Shown: positions 18,457 through 28,942, counted from the first letter of the stretch. The stretch is DNA of 64,000 nucleotides from Candidatus Aenigmatarchaeota archaeon (GCA_026397315.1 JAPLVC010000007.1:1-64000), one strand, 5' to 3'. The notes: generated by a model not told the origin, from the letters alone. A program made the numbers and translations.

Positions 18457-19185
18457 ATGTCGAAAAAAATCCGGTTACTAGCGAAACTCATGCGCTCAGG
18501 CGAATTCAGCCGCTCGGCCGAGGCGGAGGAAGCGGTCCGCAAAGGCAGGGTAACGGTCGACGGCAAGCCAGCGACGAATCCGCAGCACTCCGTGAAGGCC
18601 AACGCTACCGTAAGCATTAATGACCGCCCCATTGAACCTGTGGCATTCACATACGTCATTCTCGACAAGCAGAAAGGCATGGTCTGCCAGAAGACCGACA
18701 AGGAAAGAAACGTGTACGAAGTCATATCATCAATCGAAGAAATCGATCCGAAAACGCGGGCTAGCCTGTTCTGCGTCGGGCGTCTCGACCGCGACACGGA
18801 AGGCCTGTTGATCATAACGAACGACGGGCAGCTGGAGAAATTGCTCACGAAAGGGAAGCGCATAATCAAGATCTACGCCGTCGTGACGGACGCATCAGTA
18901 ACTGACGACGATGTCGCAGCCCTCCTCAAAGGCGTTCAGGTAACGGACGACGACACTGGAAAGGCGTTTTTCGTCAAGGCCGTCGCCATCAAGCGGCTCG
19001 GCGAAAAACAGATAGAAATTGGCATCGATGAGGGCAGGAAGCGCCAGATAAAGAAGATGCTCGAGGCGCTGGGGAACCACGTCGTATCGCTGCGACGCGT
19101 GGGCATCGGCAAAATGAGGATCGAAAGCCTCAATTTCGATGGTAAGCGCTATCTGATAGCGAGAAAGCAAGACCTGAAATTCTGA
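18457..19185 (+). CDS. RsuA/RluB-family RNA pseudouridine synthase with S4 domain
   Basis: S4 'SRSAEAEEAVRKGRVTVDG'; 'VGRLDRDTEGLLIITNDG'; 'EGRKRQIKKM'. Confidence 0.9.
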   Translation: MSKKIRLLAKLMRSGEFSRSAEAEEAVRKGRVTVDGKPATNPQHSVKANATVSINDRPIEPVAFTYVILDKQKGMVCQKTDKERNVYEVISSIEEIDPKTRASLFCVGRLDRDTEGLLIITNDGQLEKLLTKGKRIIKIYAVVTDASVTDDDVAALLKGVQVTDDDTGKAFFVKAVAIKRLGEKQIEIGIDEGRKRQIKKMLEALGNHVVSLRRVGIGKMRIESLNFDGKRYLIARKQDLKF

Positions 19186-19214
19186 CAAACTGACAAAAAA
19201 CAACCGCGTCTCGC

Positions 19215-19388
19215 TTATTGCGCCTGCGCCTTTTTCATAGTGACGTAGCATTCTTCACAGTAATGCTCCCACACCTGGGAAGGGTAAAGCTGCACCGCCC
19301 TGGCCGAGTCCTTGCCGCACATCTTGCATACGTCTTTCATGAGGCTGCGCATAAAACTGCCGGGCGCTCTTTCCAATGCGTTAATCAT
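19215..19388 (-). CDS. small zinc-finger protein
   Basis: CKMC...CEEC. Confidence 0.5.
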   Translation of the reverse strand: MINALERAPGSFMRSLMKDVCKMCGKDSARAVQLYPSQVWEHYCEECYVTMKKAQAQ

Positions 19389-19490
19389 ATGATTTCCGTT
19401 TCCTATTCCTATATATTGGCAGAGCGGACATATAAGGGTCGGAAATGCGCTGTAAGGCAAATTCCGGTTTCCGTTAAAAATAAAGGCGGC

Positions 19491-19766
19491 TTATACCTGT
19501 ATTTTTGCCAGTTCCGGCACGCCTTCGACTTCCGCGCCGCAACTTTGCATTGCCTTCAGGTAATTCATAGCGCTAGGTGTCACAGACCCTCTGAAATTAA
19601 TGTTAAAAACTGATTTTCCGGAGGGTTGTGGAAAGGTAGTGTAAGCCGTGCCTAGTCTGACGCCCCTGCTTTCGAGATTGTCCAAAATAGCATATTGCAT
19701 TTGATTGAACATGTATGGCGAAAAATTTGCAGATATACCAATCCTCATCGTTCTGATATCAGACAT
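19491..19766 (-). CDS. hypothetical protein
   Basis: 91 aa ORF filling the intergenic gap; TATA-like element upstream. Confidence 0.45.
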   Translation of the reverse strand: MSDIRTMRIGISANFSPYMFNQMQYAILDNLESRGVRLGTAYTTFPQPSGKSVFNINFRGSVTPSAMNYLKAMQSCGAEVEGVPELAKIQV

Positions 19767-19857
19767 GATATAAAACTGGGAAAAAACTTTAAATGATGAT
19801 ATTGTTCACTGTTTGCAATGCCAATGCATAAAAGAGTCCAGCCGCCAAATTATATTC

Positions 19858-20304
19858 ATGGAGCGACGCACGCACATAATCTTCGGCATCTTCTTATTCG
19901 TACTGCTCTGGGCCGCATTCAAGCTCGATATCGCCCTGTCGGCCTTGGTAGCGGTAGGCTCAGTCTTCCCGGACCTCGATTACCGCAAGGGATTGACAGT
20001 CTATCACAGAAAGCTCGCCCATAACATCTGGGTCATGCTGCTCGCGAGCATCATAATAGCTCTAGTAGCAAATAGCATCGAGTTCGGGATGGCGTTCGCG
20101 CTCGGCTTCATGAGCCATGTCCTCATCGACGCCCTGACGCCCATGGGCGTCTATCCCCTATACCCGCTCAAGAGCAGTCATCCATACTTCCTCGTGGGCG
20201 GCAAAGCCAAGATTACGACAGGGTCGAGAGGAGAGAAAGTGTTCCAAGCCCTAATCGTAATTGCGACGGTTTTTGTTTTGCTTTTGGTCGGCGGCATTCT
20301 GTAG
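19858..20304 (+). CDS. membrane-bound metal-dependent hydrolase (YdjM-like)
   Basis: 'TH', 'PDLD', 'HRKLAH', 'SHVLIDALTPMG'. Confidence 0.85.
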   Translation: MERRTHIIFGIFLFVLLWAAFKLDIALSALVAVGSVFPDLDYRKGLTVYHRKLAHNIWVMLLASIIIALVANSIEFGMAFALGFMSHVLIDALTPMGVYPLYPLKSSHPYFLVGGKAKITTGSRGEKVFQALIVIATVFVLLLVGGIL

Positions 20305-20327
20305 GTTTAAACATAGTCTTTTAAGGC
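20305..20327 (+). repeat. 23-bp direct repeat / promoter, second copy at 23045-23067
   Basis: gtttaaacatag(t/c)cttttaaggc, 22/23 identical, each ~19 nt before an ATG. Confidence 0.75.
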
Positions 20328-20345
20328 CATTTTCGAATTCTAAAC

Positions 20346-21962
20346 ATGAAGGCGAAAATCCTATTGATTCTCGCGATAATTTCTCTTATTTTAATAGATT
20401 TTTCTGGATTCGTTTTTGCGGAATCTAACTGCCAAATAGCTGTTCCGAGATTTGGTGTGGTTGAATGTAAAAATACGGGACAAAAACAAACATTAACCGG
20501 AAAATTTGAATATCGGGATGGGTGGTATTATGCCCAAAATACAGTTTGTCTATCCAACTGTGAAATAATAGCAAATTCCAACATACATTTATCGGGTTGT
20601 ACCGGGAGTGTATATTCGTGGGAGATATGGAAAAAGGCAAACGGTGTAGCTAACTGGACAGAAATAGCTTGGCCGTACCACAATGACAATGTTCAAATTA
20701 ATTGGAACAGAGATGATTTACTTTCTATAAGAACCAAATGCTCAATAGGCGGTCAACTCAATATCGAATCCTCATATGTGGAGTTTCAACAAGATTTAAT
20801 TAAACTTTATGAGGGGTGGGGAGGCTCTTTACCAACAAAACCGATAGATGGAACTGAAGGATGTAGTTTAAACACAATAGTAGACCAATACAGAGAAACA
20901 TTAAATTTGAATAGTTGGGTAAATCCATCCACAGGATCAATCGAGAATAATCCTTATCCCACAAGCACATACTCTTCTACAAACGTTATGCCTACTAATT
21001 GGAGAATATCCGATAATTACGTGTTTGTAAAGGATTGGGAAACAGGAATAGCTGATATTTCTCTTACATATGATAAAAATAATAACGCATTCTGGTGCGG
21101 AGGTAACATTGGAAGTAGAAAAATATACAATGTACAGGAAATAACAGCTGTTACAGGGCAATGTTATTCTATTCCAACATCAATTAAGTATTCTTCGATA
21201 GAATGTTGTTTTCCCGCTGATTGTTCCTTTAAAGGAACAACTTATACTTGCAATCCAGATACTTGGAAGTGCGAAGAAACCAGATGGTGTGACTCTGATT
21301 TAGACTGTCAACAAGTTTTTGGGGAAGGTGTATGTAAAAATAAACAAATAACAAAGTGGTCTTGCAACATAAATAAAAAATGGGGAAGTCATCAAGGAAC
21401 ATGTGAAAAAAACATTAGATCGGTTTTGCAATGCCCGGAAGATTGTACCACAAGTGAATATTACAATGAAATAGAAGGTCAGTGTAAATCTTTAAATATT
21501 CTTTTAAATTGCCCAACAGGGAGTTGCTGCGAAGAAGGCGGTGATTATAAAATCGAACCTTGTTCATCTGGACTCAAATGCTGTCATCCAACAAACCCTA
21601 TTGTTGGTGAATGTAAAATTTCTTGTGGAGCGGAAAGTCAGATAGTTGAGAGAACTGCGGGCTTAGAGAATGTAGATTATGATAAATCATCAACTTCAAA
21701 CTATCAAGCAATAAATCAACTATTTCCGTTTTTTGTTTTAATGATAATAATTTTAGCTGGACCAATAATTTATTACTTGAACAGTAGAGGGTACATAAGT
21801 TTCCTAATAAAATCTAAAACCAACACAGGTAAACCAAAACATTTGGAGAGAAAAATTAGAAAAGATAAGGTAGAAAAATCTGGAAATGGTTTCTGTCAAT
21901 ATTGTGGAAATAAATTGGAAAATAGTGATGCCTTTTGTCCAGAGTGCGGGAGGAAAGTCTAA
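20346..21962 (+). CDS. Cys-rich exported membrane protein with C-terminal zinc ribbon
   Basis: signal peptide, many Cys, TM helix, 'FCQYCG...FCPECG'. Confidence 0.75.
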   Translation: MKAKILLILAIISLILIDFSGFVFAESNCQIAVPRFGVVECKNTGQKQTLTGKFEYRDGWYYAQNTVCLSNCEIIANSNIHLSGCTGSVYSWEIWKKANGVANWTEIAWPYHNDNVQINWNRDDLLSIRTKCSIGGQLNIESSYVEFQQDLIKLYEGWGGSLPTKPIDGTEGCSLNTIVDQYRETLNLNSWVNPSTGSIENNPYPTSTYSSTNVMPTNWRISDNYVFVKDWETGIADISLTYDKNNNAFWCGGNIGSRKIYNVQEITAVTGQCYSIPTSIKYSSIECCFPADCSFKGTTYTCNPDTWKCEETRWCDSDLDCQQVFGEGVCKNKQITKWSCNINKKWGSHQGTCEKNIRSVLQCPEDCTTSEYYNEIEGQCKSLNILLNCPTGSCCEEGGDYKIEPCSSGLKCCHPTNPIVGECKISCGAESQIVERTAGLENVDYDKSSTSNYQAINQLFPFFVLMIIILAGPIIYYLNSRGYISFLIKSKTNTGKPKHLERKIRKDKVEKSGNGFCQYCGNKLENSDAFCPECGRKV

Positions 21963-22457
21963 ATGACAAATAAAGCGTTGATTGTTATAGGAATTCTTGT
22001 TGTGGGATTTACCTTTTTTGTTAATTATATAATGTTCACGCCGCAGGAAATTTCTGTTCTTAAAAGCGCGGATTTTCTTTGCAATTTTCAAATTGGCGGT
22101 TACAATATAGGTCAATTTGGACAAGCCATTGCAGAGTATGTTGCGCCTGAACTTGTTAGAACATGCGAAAAGGCCAAAACATTTATGCCTTTCATCCAAT
22201 ATGAATTTTACCTTTACGTTTTAGGTTTAATCATACTTGTTATTGGTCTTGCTGTTGGTGAAAAAAGAGAAAAAATAATAATAAAGGAAGTTGAAAAACA
22301 CATACCATTTACACATGAAAAAGGATCTGAAACAGAAAAGAATGAAATTAAAATATTGAAAAAGGAAGATAGTGCTGAAATAAAATTTTGTCGAAAATGT
22401 GGCAATAAAATAAAAAAAAGTGTTAAGTTTTGTAACAAGTGCGGTAATAAAATATGA
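21963..22457 (+). CDS. membrane protein with zinc ribbon
   Basis: 2 TM; 'FCRKCG...FCNKCG'. Confidence 0.75.
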   Translation: MTNKALIVIGILVVGFTFFVNYIMFTPQEISVLKSADFLCNFQIGGYNIGQFGQAIAEYVAPELVRTCEKAKTFMPFIQYEFYLYVLGLIILVIGLAVGEKREKIIIKEVEKHIPFTHEKGSETEKNEIKILKKEDSAEIKFCRKCGNKIKKSVKFCNKCGNKI

Positions 22458-23050
22458 ATTCAAAAATTCTCGTCATTCCCATATTGATGATTGCTATTTT
22501 GGTAAGTTCTGGATGTATTTCTGGAACAATGACAGATACAGTAAACGCTGACGGCTCAATATACCGTTTTATAGAGATTGACAAAACAGGAATTTTGGCG
22601 ACCGCGAACTGTAAGTCCTTGAAATCATTAATTCAAATGAATCAAAACATAAGCGTTGCAAAGTTGGATGCCTTTGAACGTTCTTGCAGAGAAACAGAAT
22701 CTTCAATAATAATCGAACTCAATTTACCTTATGGTGACAATGAAAACCCAGTAAAGATAATAGAAAGAGAGAATGGTCAATATATAAGATACGAAACCAA
22801 TGTGACTTCTTATTTGATAACAAAATTAAAAATGCCTTCAAAAATTATTTCACACAACGGAGAACTATTAGATGATTACACGGTTGCCTTCAAAGGGAAT
22901 ATTACAAGTTCATACATAGGTTACGTAGAATGCAAAAAACCAGAATTTAACATCTTTCAGTCTTCCATTACAGTAATAATCGGTGTAGTAATAATAGTGG
23001 CGGCCAGCATTATAATTTTCTTATATAAGAGAAAAAATAAAAAAGTTTAA
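22454..23050 (+). CDS. lipoprotein-like membrane protein
   Basis: lipobox 'VSSGC'; C-terminal TM plus basic tail. Confidence 0.7.
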   Translation: MNSKILVIPILMIAILVSSGCISGTMTDTVNADGSIYRFIEIDKTGILATANCKSLKSLIQMNQNISVAKLDAFERSCRETESSIIIELNLPYGDNENPVKIIERENGQYIRYETNVTSYLITKLKMPSKIISHNGELLDDYTVAFKGNITSSYIGYVECKKPEFNIFQSSITVIIGVVIIVAASIIIFLYKRKNKKV

Positions 23051-23086
23051 ACATAGCCTTTTAAGGCAAAGTTCAAATTATGAACT

Positions 23087-23833
23087 ATGGTGGATTGGAA
23101 AGGCACCATAAAAAGAATTGGAACTGTGACAAGCAAAAGCATTATAACAGGAACTAAAATCATTGCAAATGAAACTAAAAATAAGATGCAAAACGTCCAC
23201 TGGAAGAATCAAATTCTTAATAAAATGTATCCCGGCGTAATCAAAAAATTAGCACACGAAAAAGGATTGAAACCAACCGCTATTGATGGAAGTAGACCTT
23301 CAATCGATGACTATAGGCGAGCCATCGTAATGCATGTATCCTTAGACGACATAATAGATTTTGCTAGAAGAAAGGGTGTACCGATTAGAGATATTACGGA
23401 AAAAATAGACAAAGATAGAGCAGAAAAGGAAATGAAAACAATGTCAGAAGGTACTGGTTTGAACGAAATGATAATGAGTTTAGCAAATGAGATTTCGAGT
23501 TTTAATCCTTTAAAAAATTATGATTATGAACTGCCTTATCAGGTTGAATTGGCTGGTTTTTTGAAAAGCAAATTCCCTAATCTGATTATAGAAAAACAAC
23601 GTGGTTCAGCTAGACCAGATATAGTTATTGGTGGAATAGCCATAGAAGTTAAAGGCCCTACAGCAGATAGAGATTTGGGAACAATAGCTGACAAATGTTT
23701 AAGATATTCAAAATATTTCAAACAAGGCATTATAGTTGTTCTTTTCAACACGAATGTAAATTCATATCGCTATAAAGATTGGCTTGAGGGTTTGAAAAAA
23801 ACACACCCGCAAGTAATAGTTATAAAGAAATAA
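23087..23833 (+). CDS. PD-(D/E)xK nuclease-domain protein
   Basis: 'E..YQVEL...RPDIVIGGIAIEVK'. Confidence 0.7.
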   Translation: MVDWKGTIKRIGTVTSKSIITGTKIIANETKNKMQNVHWKNQILNKMYPGVIKKLAHEKGLKPTAIDGSRPSIDDYRRAIVMHVSLDDIIDFARRKGVPIRDITEKIDKDRAEKEMKTMSEGTGLNEMIMSLANEISSFNPLKNYDYELPYQVELAGFLKSKFPNLIIEKQRGSARPDIVIGGIAIEVKGPTADRDLGTIADKCLRYSKYFKQGIIVVLFNTNVNSYRYKDWLEGLKKTHPQVIVIKK

Positions 23834-23847
23834 TATGAGGTGACATA

Positions 23848-24150
23848 ATGACAGAAATTTCTGAAAGAGATTTTAATCCGGAAAAACATGTTCAAGAATA
23901 TAAAAGAAAATGCAATCAGTGTGGTAAGGTTTGGCATTCTCTAGTTTCAAGAGAAAAACAAATAGAGAAGCAAAACAAGTGTGATGCTTGTGTTCAGGGT
24001 TCTTCTGCTTGTGGTGGTGATTTACAAACAGCGACACAATCTCAAAGAAACAGAGAAGCTAAAGAGATGACGCTCCAAGATTTAAAAAAATGCCCTCAAT
24101 GTGGATCGGCAAATTATTCTGAAGAGATTATAACCTATGAAAAAAAATAA
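23848..24150 (+). CDS. small zinc-finger protein
   Basis: CNQC...CPQC; GAGGTG RBS. Confidence 0.65.
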   Translation: MTEISERDFNPEKHVQEYKRKCNQCGKVWHSLVSREKQIEKQNKCDACVQGSSACGGDLQTATQSQRNREAKEMTLQDLKKCPQCGSANYSEEIITYEKK

Positions 24151-24379
24151 TCCTCTAATTTGGTTATCTGTTGTTTTAATAAAGAAAATTTGGCATGGTA
24201 AATTTGGTAGAAATCATAATAAAAAGGGAAGAATAATTTGCAGATTTTATCCGTCTTGCTCAAACTATGCCATAAAAGCGTTAGAAAAATATGGTTTTTT
24301 GAAAGGATGGTTATTAACATATAGAAGGATCAGAAGATGTACAAATGATAACACTGATTCGTGCATAGATTATCCATAA
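24137..24379 (+). CDS. yidD: YidD-like membrane protein insertion efficiency factor
   Basis: '[32 protein letters not shown]...DYP'. Confidence 0.8.
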   Translation: MKKNNPLIWLSVVLIKKIWHGKFGRNHNKKGRIICRFYPSCSNYAIKALEKYGFLKGWLLTYRRIRRCTNDNTDSCIDYP

Positions 24380-24407
24380 TATTGTTTTCTTGCCGGATTT
24401 ATGTCAA

Positions 24408-24911
24408 CTACTTCGACTTGATGCCGACGACCTTGATTTTGAAGACCAGGGACTTTCCTGCCAATGGGTGGTTGAAGTCCATGGTGACCGTGTCCTTGTC
24501 GACCTTTACGATCTTGGCCGGGACTTGTTCTCCTGTGGGGAGGGTGGCGACTAGCATCATGCCGGGCTTTGGCTCGGCCTCTTTGGGCAATTGGGCTCTT
24601 GGCATCTTCTGGATGAGGACGTCATGAACCGGCCCATACGCCTGCTCCGGCTTGAGCTTTATCTTCTTCTCCTCGCCCTTCTTCATGCCCATGACCGCCT
24701 CGTCGAAGCCCTTTATCATCTTGCCGACGCCCGCCTCGAACTCGATGGGCATGTAGTTGTGGTTGGCCGTGCAATCGAATACAGTCCCGTCTTCCAGCGA
24801 GCCCTCATATTCGACCTTGATTATATCGCCTTTCTTGACGGCTTGAGCATCATTCGATTTCTCGCCTTTCTTTGCAACCTTTGGATTTTTTGAATCTTTT
24901 GAACCTGCCAT
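24408..24911 (-). CDS. FKBP-type peptidyl-prolyl isomerase (SlyD-like)
   Basis: 'VEYEGSLEDGTVFD', 'DFNHPLAGKSL'. Confidence 0.92.
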   Translation of the reverse strand: MAGSKDSKNPKVAKKGEKSNDAQAVKKGDIIKVEYEGSLEDGTVFDCTANHNYMPIEFEAGVGKMIKGFDEAVMGMKKGEEKKIKLKPEQAYGPVHDVLIQKMPRAQLPKEAEPKPGMMLVATLPTGEQVPAKIVKVDKDTVTMDFNHPLAGKSLVFKIKVVGIKSK

Positions 24912-25012
24912 GTTATCACAAACTCCCTAGGAACTCTTTAGAATATTGAATATTATGCAGCCCTCTGCTTTATATTTGCAGGCTACGCGATGGGGTAAGG
25001 GCATTGAATGCT

Positions 25013-26269
25013 TCACTCGTACCTGAGCGCGTCGACGGGCCTGAGCTTTGATGCCCTGTAAGCCGGCACGAGGCCAGCGACAATGCCGATGCCGACGGCG
25101 ATACTGAGAGTGAAGACGAGCAACTGAGGTGTCACGACGTTTTCGGCGCCCATGCCCCTGCCGCCCATCCCCATCATGGGAATCGCGACGAACAGCGACG
25201 CCACCGAGCCGATGACGAGGCCTATGACCCCGCCCACCAGGCCGACCAGCGCCGAGTTCATCATGAATATCATCATTATGTCCCTGTTCTTGGCCCCGAT
25301 CGCCTTCATTATGCCTATCTGCTTCGTGCGCTCGAGAACGGTCGTGAACATCGTATTGGCGATTCCGACGGCCCCGACGAGCAGCGAGACCGCCGCTATA
25401 GCGCCCAAAAACAGGGTCACGGATTCGAGGGTCGAGCTTATGGTCGCTTGCATGGCGACTGACGACGAAACGCTGTAGTCCTTGGTCCTGTTGGTGACGT
25501 GGCGGGTCAGCATGAGCCTGGCATCGATGTCCGACATGGTCTGCTCCACGAGGTCCGCGTCCGCCACCTTCACGATGATGGAGTCGAACTCGTCGGTTCC
25601 CACGTCGTCAAGCACGGCTCTCGCGGCCTCGATGGGCATGATTATGCCGCTGTCGCTGCCGCCTCCCATCATGCCGCCGCTCTCGTTTAGTATACCTGCA
25701 ATCTTGAAGCTAGCGCCTTCGATGGTTATGACCCTGTTCACGGAAAGCGGCTGTTTGAACGACCTTGTGGCCAATCGGTTTCCCACAAGGACCGCGCTAT
25801 AGTCGCTGGCGCCTAGGAAGCGTCCAGATGAGAGAGTCGATGTCGTTATCTCGTTCCATGCTATCGGGTCGACACCCGTGATCGAGACTGTCGTCGTCTC
25901 AGCCAGATAATATACTTCTCCCCTTCCCGAGACCGTGCCCGTGACTATGTCGACGTTTTCCACGGATTTGAGCGCCTGTATGTCCTTGATGGTCAGGTTC
26001 TTCGCAGTCGACGATGAAGCGCTGGGTTGGTCGCTGCCGAAATCCCTGAAGCCTCCCATGGTTCTCGAAGCGCCGGGGCTGATTGTGATGATGTCTGCTC
26101 CCAGGCCGCCGAGGCTGCTTTCCAGCGAAAGCTGCATTCCGGTGCCTATGGACATTATCGCGACCACGGATGCGACGCCGATGACTATGCCTATGATAGT
26201 CAGCCAGCTTCTCACCTTGCTGTGGCGCAATATGTTCAGCGCCAGCTTGAATGATTTCGAGGGTTTCAT
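25013..26269 (-). CDS. MacB/FtsX-type ABC permease
   Basis: 'RSWLTIIGIVIGV', 'GIANTM..VLERTKQIGIMKAIGA', 'PAYRAS.L.PVDALRYE'. Confidence 0.92.
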   Translation of the reverse strand: MKPSKSFKLALNILRHSKVRSWLTIIGIVIGVASVVAIMSIGTGMQLSLESSLGGLGADIITISPGASRTMGGFRDFGSDQPSASSSTAKNLTIKDIQALKSVENVDIVTGTVSGRGEVYYLAETTTVSITGVDPIAWNEITTSTLSSGRFLGASDYSAVLVGNRLATRSFKQPLSVNRVITIEGASFKIAGILNESGGMMGGGSDSGIIMPIEAARAVLDDVGTDEFDSIIVKVADADLVEQTMSDIDARLMLTRHVTNRTKDYSVSSSVAMQATISSTLESVTLFLGAIAAVSLLVGAVGIANTMFTTVLERTKQIGIMKAIGAKNRDIMMIFMMNSALVGLVGGVIGLVIGSVASLFVAIPMMGMGGRGMGAENVVTPQLLVFTLSIAVGIGIVAGLVPAYRASKLRPVDALRYE

Positions 26270-26310
26270 GATTTCATGTTCCTTTTCCTAATCCTTAACG
26301 TCCTGCTGCA

Positions 26311-27645
26311 TCAGTCTTTTTTCTCTTTCTTCTTTCTTATCTTTCCGATGCGGCTGCGGATGAAGCCCCGTTTCCAGTAGCATACGCCGCCCGCGATTGC
26401 TACGACGACGATTATGTACGGCAGGTTATTCGCTATCGCATTCGACTGCCTGCTCGAGTTGAAAGTGCCGTATGTTGACGTTGCTGTACCTGTCGAATCG
26501 GTTGACCTGAACTGTATGGGCACGCTCTTCTCGAGGGTGTGCCTCTTGCCCGTGGTATCCGTATAGTCTATCATAACCTTGAGGCTGTTGTCCTGCGGCG
26601 CTGGCGTCTGGTCCATGGTCCTGTTCATCCTGCCGAGTGCGGTTGCCGAGTTTATCTGGAACGACACGATGGTGTAGTCGCCCTTGTCCAGGTTTCCTAT
26701 TATCGAGGACGTGCTTCCCGTCACCGAGTAGCTCTGCTGTGTCGGGATTCTCACGGTCACTGACAGCGCCGGGTTGTTTCCCGTATTCGCGACTGAAAGC
26801 GATGTCGTGCCTGACGTGCTTTCCGAGAACGTGACGTCAAAGTCAGTCTCGCCTCCGATGAAAATGCCAGTCTTCATCGTCAGCTGTTGTGACGTGCCCT
26901 GGTCGTTCTCGTACGTGAGAGTAAGATCCAGCCTGTAAAGGCCCGGGTCCGCGTTCACGTCAGCGACGACCGTGTAGTCCAGGTCCGCCGATGCGCCGAC
27001 GTCTATATACTTGACGTATTTGGTGTTGTCCGAATAGACCGGCAGTATGTAGCCGTTCGTCTCGCTCCACGAGAACACGAGGTTCTGCAGCGGTGACGAG
27101 CCGGCGTTGGTTATGGTGAACTTGAGCGGCGTCTCCTCTCCAGGGGTGAGCAGCGATTTGTCCAGGTATATGGTCTGCGCGTTATCGGAGCCCGTGATTT
27201 CGATGTCGTATTCTTTTATTATGGAAACGTCCGAGCCCTCCTCGCTGACCTTCAGCTTTATCTCGTTCGTGCCTTTGATGGCGTCCTTGTCGATCCTGAC
27301 CTTGTATTTGACAGGGACTGCGTCCGCGCCAGTCTGGTACGCGCGCAGCGCGCTGACGCTTTTGACATATTCCTCGCCCGGGACCTCAACGAACGGATAC
27401 GCTGGTTGCAGTTCGAGCTTAAGGTCGTTGGTCGCCTGGCCTCCGGTATTTTCTATCATGAACCGCAGCTCGACCATTTCTCCCGCTCTCGCGGGGTCCG
27501 GAATCTGGCTGACCAGCGATACGTTCAGATACGCGGAGCTCGGGCTGCCGACGGCCGCGTCCGTTACGCCTGCCATCGCCACGAATAAAACTGCCGCTAA
27601 AAGACAAAACATCAGAGTTTTCGTCTTCATGTTTTTAGTTTTCAT
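26311..27645 (-). CDS. COG1361-type S-layer-like/CARDB repeat protein
   Basis: 'QIPDPARAGEMVELRFMIENTG'; signal peptide and C-terminal TM. Confidence 0.8.
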   Translation of the reverse strand: MKTKNMKTKTLMFCLLAAVLFVAMAGVTDAAVGSPSSAYLNVSLVSQIPDPARAGEMVELRFMIENTGGQATNDLKLELQPAYPFVEVPGEEYVKSVSALRAYQTGADAVPVKYKVRIDKDAIKGTNEIKLKVSEEGSDVSIIKEYDIEITGSDNAQTIYLDKSLLTPGEETPLKFTITNAGSSPLQNLVFSWSETNGYILPVYSDNTKYVKYIDVGASADLDYTVVADVNADPGLYRLDLTLTYENDQGTSQQLTMKTGIFIGGETDFDVTFSESTSGTTSLSVANTGNNPALSVTVRIPTQQSYSVTGSTSSIIGNLDKGDYTIVSFQINSATALGRMNRTMDQTPAPQDNSLKVMIDYTDTTGKRHTLEKSVPIQFRSTDSTGTATSTYGTFNSSRQSNAIANNLPYIIVVVAIAGGVCYWKRGFIRSRIGKIRKKKEKKD

Positions 27646-27694
27646 ATTAAATCCTCCTCCTGAAATATTTCCGAAATCATATCCTTTTTCATAT

Positions 27695-28402
27695 TCATTC
27701 CCTTCCTCTCTTGCGTATAGTTTCTATTTTCTCTACCTTGCCGTCCTTGATATGCACGACCTTCTCAGCCGCTTTCGAAAGGTTGAGGTCGTGCGTGACC
27801 ATGATTATCGTCTTGCTGTCGCCCTTGTGTATCTTGCCGAGGAAATTCATGATGAAACGTCCGGTCGTGCTGTCGAGGTTGCCCGTCGGCTCGTCTGCCA
27901 GGATGACTTCCGGGTCGTTCGCCAGCGCGCGCGCAATCGAAACGCGCTGCATCTGGCCGCCGGACAGCTGCGTCGGAAGGTGGCGAACCCTGTCGCCAAG
28001 GCCGACGATGTCCAGCAACTTCATCGCTTTCGCTTCCGCGACGGTGTCGTCGATGCCCTGGAATGCCAGCGGCAGCATCACATTCTCGAGGGCTGTCAGG
28101 TTGGGAATCAGGTTGAACTGCTGGAACACGAATCCGATTTTCTGCCCGCGTATCTGGGCCAGCTTGGACTCGTCCAGGTTGGCGATGTTGTGGCCGTCGA
28201 GATAAATTCCGCCTTTGGTCGGCAGGTCCAGGCATCCGACGAGGTTCATCATAGTCGATTTTCCGCTGCCGCTTGGGCCGACAATCGCGACGAACTCGCC
28301 CTTGCTTATCTTCAGGTCAACGCCGCGCAGGGCCGGAACCTCGACTTGCCCCATCTGGTATATCTTCCAGACGTCCTTCAGTTCTATGATAGTCTTATCC
28401 AT
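27695..28402 (-). CDS. ABC transporter ATP-binding protein (LolD/MacB-like)
   Basis: [27 protein letters not shown]-loop. Confidence 0.95.
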   Translation of the reverse strand: MDKTIIELKDVWKIYQMGQVEVPALRGVDLKISKGEFVAIVGPSGSGKSTMMNLVGCLDLPTKGGIYLDGHNIANLDESKLAQIRGQKIGFVFQQFNLIPNLTALENVMLPLAFQGIDDTVAEAKAMKLLDIVGLGDRVRHLPTQLSGGQMQRVSIARALANDPEVILADEPTGNLDSTTGRFIMNFLGKIHKGDSKTIIMVTHDLNLSKAAEKVVHIKDGKVEKIETIRKRGRE

Positions 28403-28889
28403 TTCCCGTCCACTCCGTAAAAGAATGCATGATTATTTTCCCGGAGTCTATGCTTACAAGGTAAAAATGGGTTTTCGTATCCGACTCCAGGGAAACGTGA
28501 ATCGTATTTCCTAATGACATGTTCTCATCGAATCTCTGATCCTCAGGGCCTTCCATCATGTTGAACATCGGCGGCGTCCTGTCGAGCTTCATGATCATGG
28601 AAGATACCGTGACCTCGTAGTTGCTTATATTATCGCCGCTTTTAGCCAGCTCCTGGGCCACGACATTCCTCGCCGAATCCATCTGCTCCTGTGTCGGGAC
28701 GTTCATGGGCGGCCCGGCGTGTGTAGTGTATATTCTGAACAAGCCCCCGGTCACCGCCAGGCCGAAAAGCGCTAAAAATACTAGTGCTACGACTTTCCAC
28801 ATGTTCATTCTTTCCATGCCTTTTTCCTTGCCTTTTGGCTGGATTTTTTTATTTTCATCAGCAATTGGAATCGTTTTTGTTTTTTTCAT
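28395..28889 (-). CDS. membrane-anchored hypothetical protein
   Basis: one TM; overlaps ATPase start. Confidence 0.65.
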   Translation of the reverse strand: MKKTKTIPIADENKKIQPKGKEKGMERMNMWKVVALVFLALFGLAVTGGLFRIYTTHAGPPMNVPTQEQMDSARNVVAQELAKSGDNISNYEVTVSSMIMKLDRTPPMFNMMEGPEDQRFDENMSLGNTIHVSLESDTKTHFYLVSIDSGKIIMHSFTEWTGNG

Positions 28890-28942
28890 GTAATATCACA
28901 TCTCCCGCGCAGTTCAATCAGCATCGATTGAGTAGACTATGG

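Noticed and set aside
27107-28420. 437-aa plus-strand ORF and similar long antisense ORFs (e.g. 32432-33289, 45138-45905, 60213-61115)
   Set aside because: Shadows of recognisable genes on the opposite strand; no motifs of their own.
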